From the NCBI GenBank assembly GCA_025594325.1, contig JANHCV010000001.1, positions 1,240,001 to 1,304,000 on the forward strand: DNA of 64,000 nt, read 5' to 3'. The DNA is from Blastocladiella emersonii ATCC 22665. Lineage: Eukaryota > Fungi > Blastocladiomycota. Position 1 is the first letter of the stretch; every line of letters starts with the position of its first letter. The position numbers and the translations under genes were made by a program. Of the stretch, positions 59,529-64,000 are shown piece after piece. The notes below the pieces were generated by a model, which saw only the letters and a program-made list of their open reading frames with translations, was not told the origin of the DNA and searched no databases.

Positions 59529-59606
59529 AAGGGAGTCACTATCCTCCTCGCTGCTTCCCTCGCAGTCGTTGCCTTCACCATTCAGACTGCGGTTGATCCA
59601 GCGGGG
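59529..59606 (+). pseudogene. Possible decayed leader exon of a fourth peptide paralog
   Basis: atcaac AAG GGA GTC ACT versus gene B atcaacc ATG CGC GTC ACT; translates KGVTILLAASLAVVAFTIQTAVDPAG. No ATG, and no Cys exon found. Confidence 0.35.
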
Positions 59607-59994
59607 ACATCGTTCAAGAGTCCAAAACAACTGCCGCCCAGGCGCGGTCTGCAGTCCCGAGCGACCGTACGAATCCTCCTCGGAAGCCTTCCGCTACGAA
59701 ACGCGTCGTGTTTCAGGACCACTTGAGCGTGTGGCGTATCGACGTCACCACATCGCGGCTCTGCGTGCACACGAGGGATGAACACGTGCTCGGCTTCGAT
59801 CGAGGTGCCACATGGGTTAGACCTTGAGCGCGTGCGTGACGGGCACCGAGCACGGGCGACAGCGACCAAGCACGCACCTCCGCCGTACCTGATGGATGAT
59901 GCAAACTTGCTGTCCATGTGGGCTCGCGCTCGTCGTGTGCCACAGCATGCCAGCGCCCAGAGCCGGGTAGTCCTCGCGAGTCGGCAGCCAGCAG

Positions 59995-60000
59995 TATAAA
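59995..60000 (+). promoter_or_regulatory. TATA box of secreted peptide gene C
   Basis: TATAAA 69 nt upstream of the ATG. Confidence 0.7.
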
Positions 60001-60063
60001 GCGCGGCGGCGCCCCCGCGCTCTCTCACACCTTCTCCTAGATCAGACACAAGAAGCCCTAGAT

Positions 60064-60407
60064 ATGCGCGTCGCTACCCTTCTCACTGCTCTCCTCGCCG
60101 TCGCCGCACTGACTGTCCAGGCTGCCCCCGCTTCCGCCGGTGCGTCGTCGCCGACGCAACCAACCGATACGGCCGCCACCCCCGCTCACCCATTCCGCTT
60201 GTAGCCGTCGATGTGTCGCTCCTGACCCGCTCGAACGACAACCCTTCAATGGAGATCAACGGCGTGCGCCCGCGCTGCAACTGCATGTCGATCTGCGCAA
60301 ACCCTAAGAATGCGAACCGTTGTAAGAGCTGCATGATGGGCTGCGTTCAAAAGTCATGGGTGTTTCGAGCGCGTCCGACTCTCGTTGGCAGGAGCCGAGT
60401 CCCGTAA
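60064..60407 (+). CDS. Small secreted 6-Cys peptide C (92 aa; exons 60064-60139, 60205-60407)
   Basis: MRVATLLTALLAVAALTVQAAPASA|AVDVSLLTRSNDNPSMEINGVRPRCNCMSICANPKNANRCKSCMMGCVQKSW...; phase-1 intron at the same position as in A and B. Confidence 0.82.
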
Positions 60408-60719
60408 TAAAGCGCTTAACTTTCTCTGTTTGACACAAATTGCGAGAAGATTGCTCGGGATGACGCGAGGGACTGACCAGGCGAAGTGTTGAGCTGCGAA
60501 AACGCGTCGCGTTTCACCTCGCGACTCGGGGCATGTGACGTTGCGAGACGCTTCTGCTGCACCGCGACGCGTCGCGCGCTGCGCCCCTGGCCGCCCACTC
60601 CCCACCTTCTCGCCCTCACCCTGTCGCATTCTCGGCGATCGGCACCGTCTAGCCGCGTGCAATGCATCTCTATCCGTCCCAGCAATAAGTCAACGAGCTC
60701 CATTTGCGCCGCCGCTGCC

Positions 60720-63700
60720 ATGACCGACGTCGAGACCCTGCAGCGCGAGAACGAGGCGCTCAAGGCCAAGCTGCGCAAGATCGAGGAGCTGTCCATCGAC
60801 AAGATCAAGGTGGAGCTCGTCAGCCTGCAGTGCATCTGCGGCCGCGACCCGCTCAAGCACGGCCTGCGCTGGATCGACTGGGAGTCCGACTACACGTTTG
60901 AGAATGGCGCTAAGTGTCCCGCCTGGCGCCAGGAGCTGGGCGAGCTCGGCTACCTCGTCGTGAAGCCCGTCGACGCCGAGCCGTTCCTCATCACCGCCAC
61001 TGCCACCGGCTACTTTGTCAACAAGGGCTACCGCATCGGCCAGGACGGCGCCTCCGAAATCAACTACGAGCGCAACGGCGACGTCTACCCGACGCTCCTC
61101 GCCCTCATCCAGTCCAAGAGCCAGCACTTTAGCTCGTTCATCGCGCGCTCGCTCCGCGAGGAAATGATCGCCCTCAACGCCGCGTCCACGGCTACCGCAG
61201 CGGCCTCGGTCGGTGCGCCCAAGCAGTCTCCCTCGAAGCCGAACTCGGCCGCCAAGGACGGCGCCGCCGCGGCTGCGGCCGAGTGCGACGCGAGCATGAA
61301 CAGCAACGCCGGGTACGCCGACGACGACGACAAGGTGGACCAGCTCGAGGCCAAGCGCAACGCGTACCTCAAGAAGTACGACCTCGCATGCGGTCGCTCG
61401 CTGTGCATCCCCGCTGACGCTTGCCCACTTTGTAGGAAGGACGAGCGCAAACCCGTCGCGTCGGGCAAGCCCATCGAGCCGTCCAACAAGTGGAAGTACG
61501 TTTTTGTCCCTCAAGCTCGCGATGCGACTTAAATTCACGCCACGAAACAGGCAAATCACGCCCGACAAAGGCGCCGACGCGGGCCACCACCGCAAGCGCG
61601 AGCCATCGCCGATCCGCCGAGTACGTTCTTACGCCCCACACCTCGGCCGCGTCGAAACTAACCATCGCACGTAGAACGCACGGTCCTCGCACTCGCCGCG
61701 TACCAACCTGCGCTCGCGGCACAAAGTCCTCGAGGAGTCGGGCGACGAGTCGGCGGATTCGTCCGAGGAGGAGATGCAGGACAAGCGCCAGGATTGTACG
61801 TACACGCGCAGACTACGGCGCGCTCAGTGCTCACCGTCATCGCCGTGTAGCCGAGGTCCCGCCCGAGCAGTGGCAGATCCAGAAGCTCGTCAAGTACCTC
61901 AAGGCCGGCAACCAGACCGCGACCATCATCGCCATCTGCTCGCTACGCGACTACGACCTCCTAAACGGTATGGCCGCGGTCCACACTCCACTCGCTTCGC
62001 TCCGACTCACCACCGATTGATACAGAGAACAACCAGCTCGCCATCCGCAACGTCGGCGGCCTCGAGATTCTTGTCAACCTGCTCGACACGGACGACCCGA
62101 AGTGCAAGATCGGCTCGCTCTCGATCCTCAACCAGATCTCCAACAACTGTACGTTCTCCACCCGCCGCGTCCAGCTCCGATCCCGCTCACATCTACGCTC
62201 GTTAGTCGTGATCCGCAAGACCATCTCGGAGCTCGACGGGATGCGCCCGCTCGTCGACCTGCTGCACGACGACCACGTCGACGTCAAGTGCCTCGCGGCC
62301 GAGACCATCGCCAACTGCGCCAAGTACGCCAAGAACCGCCGCATGGTGCGCAAGTACGGCGGGATCCGCAGCCTGGTGCGCCTGCTGCACCCGGACCCGG
62401 CCAACCCGGACACGGAGCGCATCGCCATCAGCGGCGCCCTCGCGCTCTGGACGTGCAGCAAGTCGCAGAAGAACAAGGAGGCGATCCGCATGGCCGGATC
62501 GATCCCGCTCCTCGCCGAACTGCTCAAGAGCCCCAACGAGAAGCTCCTGATCCCCGTCGTCGGGATTCTGCAGGAGTGCGCGTCCGACGGTACGCGCGTG
62601 CTGCTCGCGACTGGCGAATCCAGTCTCTGACTCTCTCCCTCGCGCGCGCAACGTAGACCAGTACCGCGCGGCGATCCGGTCGAGCGGGATGATCAAGTTC
62701 CTGGTCGAGAACCTGAGCTCCAAGAACGAGAAGCTGCAGGCACACTGCGCGTCGGCCATCTTCAAGTGCGCCGAGGACGCCGAGACGCGGATCCTAGTCC
62801 GCGACTTCAACGGCATCAACCCGCTGGTCGCGCTCCTCGACAGCATCGGGAACAAGGAGCTGTTGGCCGCGGCCACGGGCGCCATCTGGAAGACGGCCCA
62901 GGACATGGCCAACGTCAACGCCTTCAACCGCCTCAACACCATCAAGAAGCTCGTCTCGCTCATCGAGAACCAGCCCGAGGACGTGCTCGTCAACGTCGTC
63001 GGCGCGCTCGCCGCCTGCGCCAAGGCGCCCGAGGGCCGCCAGGCGATCCGCGAGTGCGGTGGCATCACGCCGCTCGTCGGCCTGCTCAAGGGCACGAACC
63101 AGGGCCTGCTCGTCAACGTGACCACGGCCATAGGCGCGTCCGCGCTCGACGGTACGCGCTGAAATGTTTTTCTGCCGTACGTGAGACGCGACTAACGCCA
63201 GCACATCGTGTAGCTGAGAGCATGGGCATCATCGACCGCCTTGACGGCGTCCGGCTGCTGTGGTCGCTGCTCAAGTCGCCCAACCCGGCGGTCCAGGCGT
63301 CGGCCGCTTGGGCCATCTCGCCGTGCATCGAGAACGGTACGCTCGCATTGTCGTATGACGCGTCTCTCCCCTCATATCTAACCCACCTCGCCGCACCATA
63401 GCCAAGGACGCGGGCGAGATGGTCCGCTCGTTCGTCGGCGGACTGGAGCTGATCGTGTCGCTGCTCAAGTCGGACCACGTCGAGGTGCTTGCGTCCGTGT
63501 GCGCGGCGATCGCGCAGATCTCAAAGGACGAGGAAAACCTGGCCGTGATCACGGACCACGGCGTGGTCCCGATGCTGGCCAAGCTGACGCAGACGCGGCA
63601 CGACCGCCTGCGCAAGCACCTGAGCGAGGCCATTGCGCGGTGCTGCCACTGGGGGAACAACCGGATCGCGTTCGGCGCGGCCGGCGCCGTCGCGCCGCTC

Positions 63701-64000
63701 GTCAAGTACCTCAAGAGCCCCGACCCCGAGGTCCACCGGTCGACCGCGCAGGCGCTGCACCAGCTCAGCAAGGACCGTACGTGATGTTCCTTGTTCCGTG
63801 GAGCGACTTGGTTCGGCCACTAACAGCGCCGTGTAGCCGACAACTGCGTCACGATGCACGAGCACGGCGTCGTGCAGCTGCTCCTGGGCATGGTCGGGTC
63901 CTCGGACACGGTCCTGCAGGAGGCGGCCGCAGGCACGATTGGGAACATTCGCCGGTACGCCCTCTCTCTCGTCGATTGATGTACTCGGCACATGCTAACG
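60720..64000 (+). CDS. ODAD2: Outer dynein arm docking complex armadillo protein ODAD2/ARMC4, many introns, truncated by the window end
   Basis: N-domain [37 protein letters not shown]...INYERNG. Spliced [56 protein letters not shown] repeats to [23 protein letters not shown]. Introns link ORF 60486..61532 to the ARM exons in frame. Confidence 0.92.

Noticed and set aside
60486-61532. Stand-alone small CLU-like gene
   Set aside because: Phase-consistent introns join it to the downstream armadillo exons, and the sequence matches the ARMC4/ODAD2 N-domain, so it is one gene.

Overview
Gene-dense, high-GC eukaryotic genomic DNA from a flagellated (zoosporic) early-diverging fungus. The lineage, probably Blastocladiomycota or a chytrid, is inferred from ~55-100 nt GT(A/G)CG...YAG introns, fungal-type housekeeping genes and the axonemal gene ODAD2/ARMC4. 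About 28 intron-containing or single-exon genes can be reconstructed by hand: GPN1, a PAP2 lipid phosphatase, SEC61-gamma, an ARHGAP39-like RhoGAP, ALG1, AAR2, a bacterial-type GltP symporter, an FG-GAP beta-propeller type-I membrane protein, a histidine acid phosphatase, a forkhead TF, ALG13, SEC8, two small proteins, VTI1, a GCN4/CPC1-like bZIP, REX1, DIM1, a nucleoside hydrolase, ROK1, PXMP4, a STRAD-like pseudokinase, dymeclin, a WD40 protein, three small secreted peptides and ODAD2, which runs off the right edge. The best candidate for an undescribed system is a tandem array at 57.8-60.4 kb. It holds three TATA-driven, two-exon genes for small secreted peptides sharing a C-x-C-x3-C-x7/8-C-x2-C-x3-C motif, plus a decayed fourth leader; the ORF track misses them because an intron splits each one. 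Other notable items: an integrin-alpha-like FG-GAP receptor, GCN4-style uORFs, a ~350-bp-arm inverted repeat between convergent genes, a chimeric WD40/acetyl-CoA-carboxylase pseudogene, two GC-AG introns and a possible non-AUG start. No rRNA, tRNA, CRISPR array or intact transposon was recognised. All family assignments are from motif recall; no database search was run.
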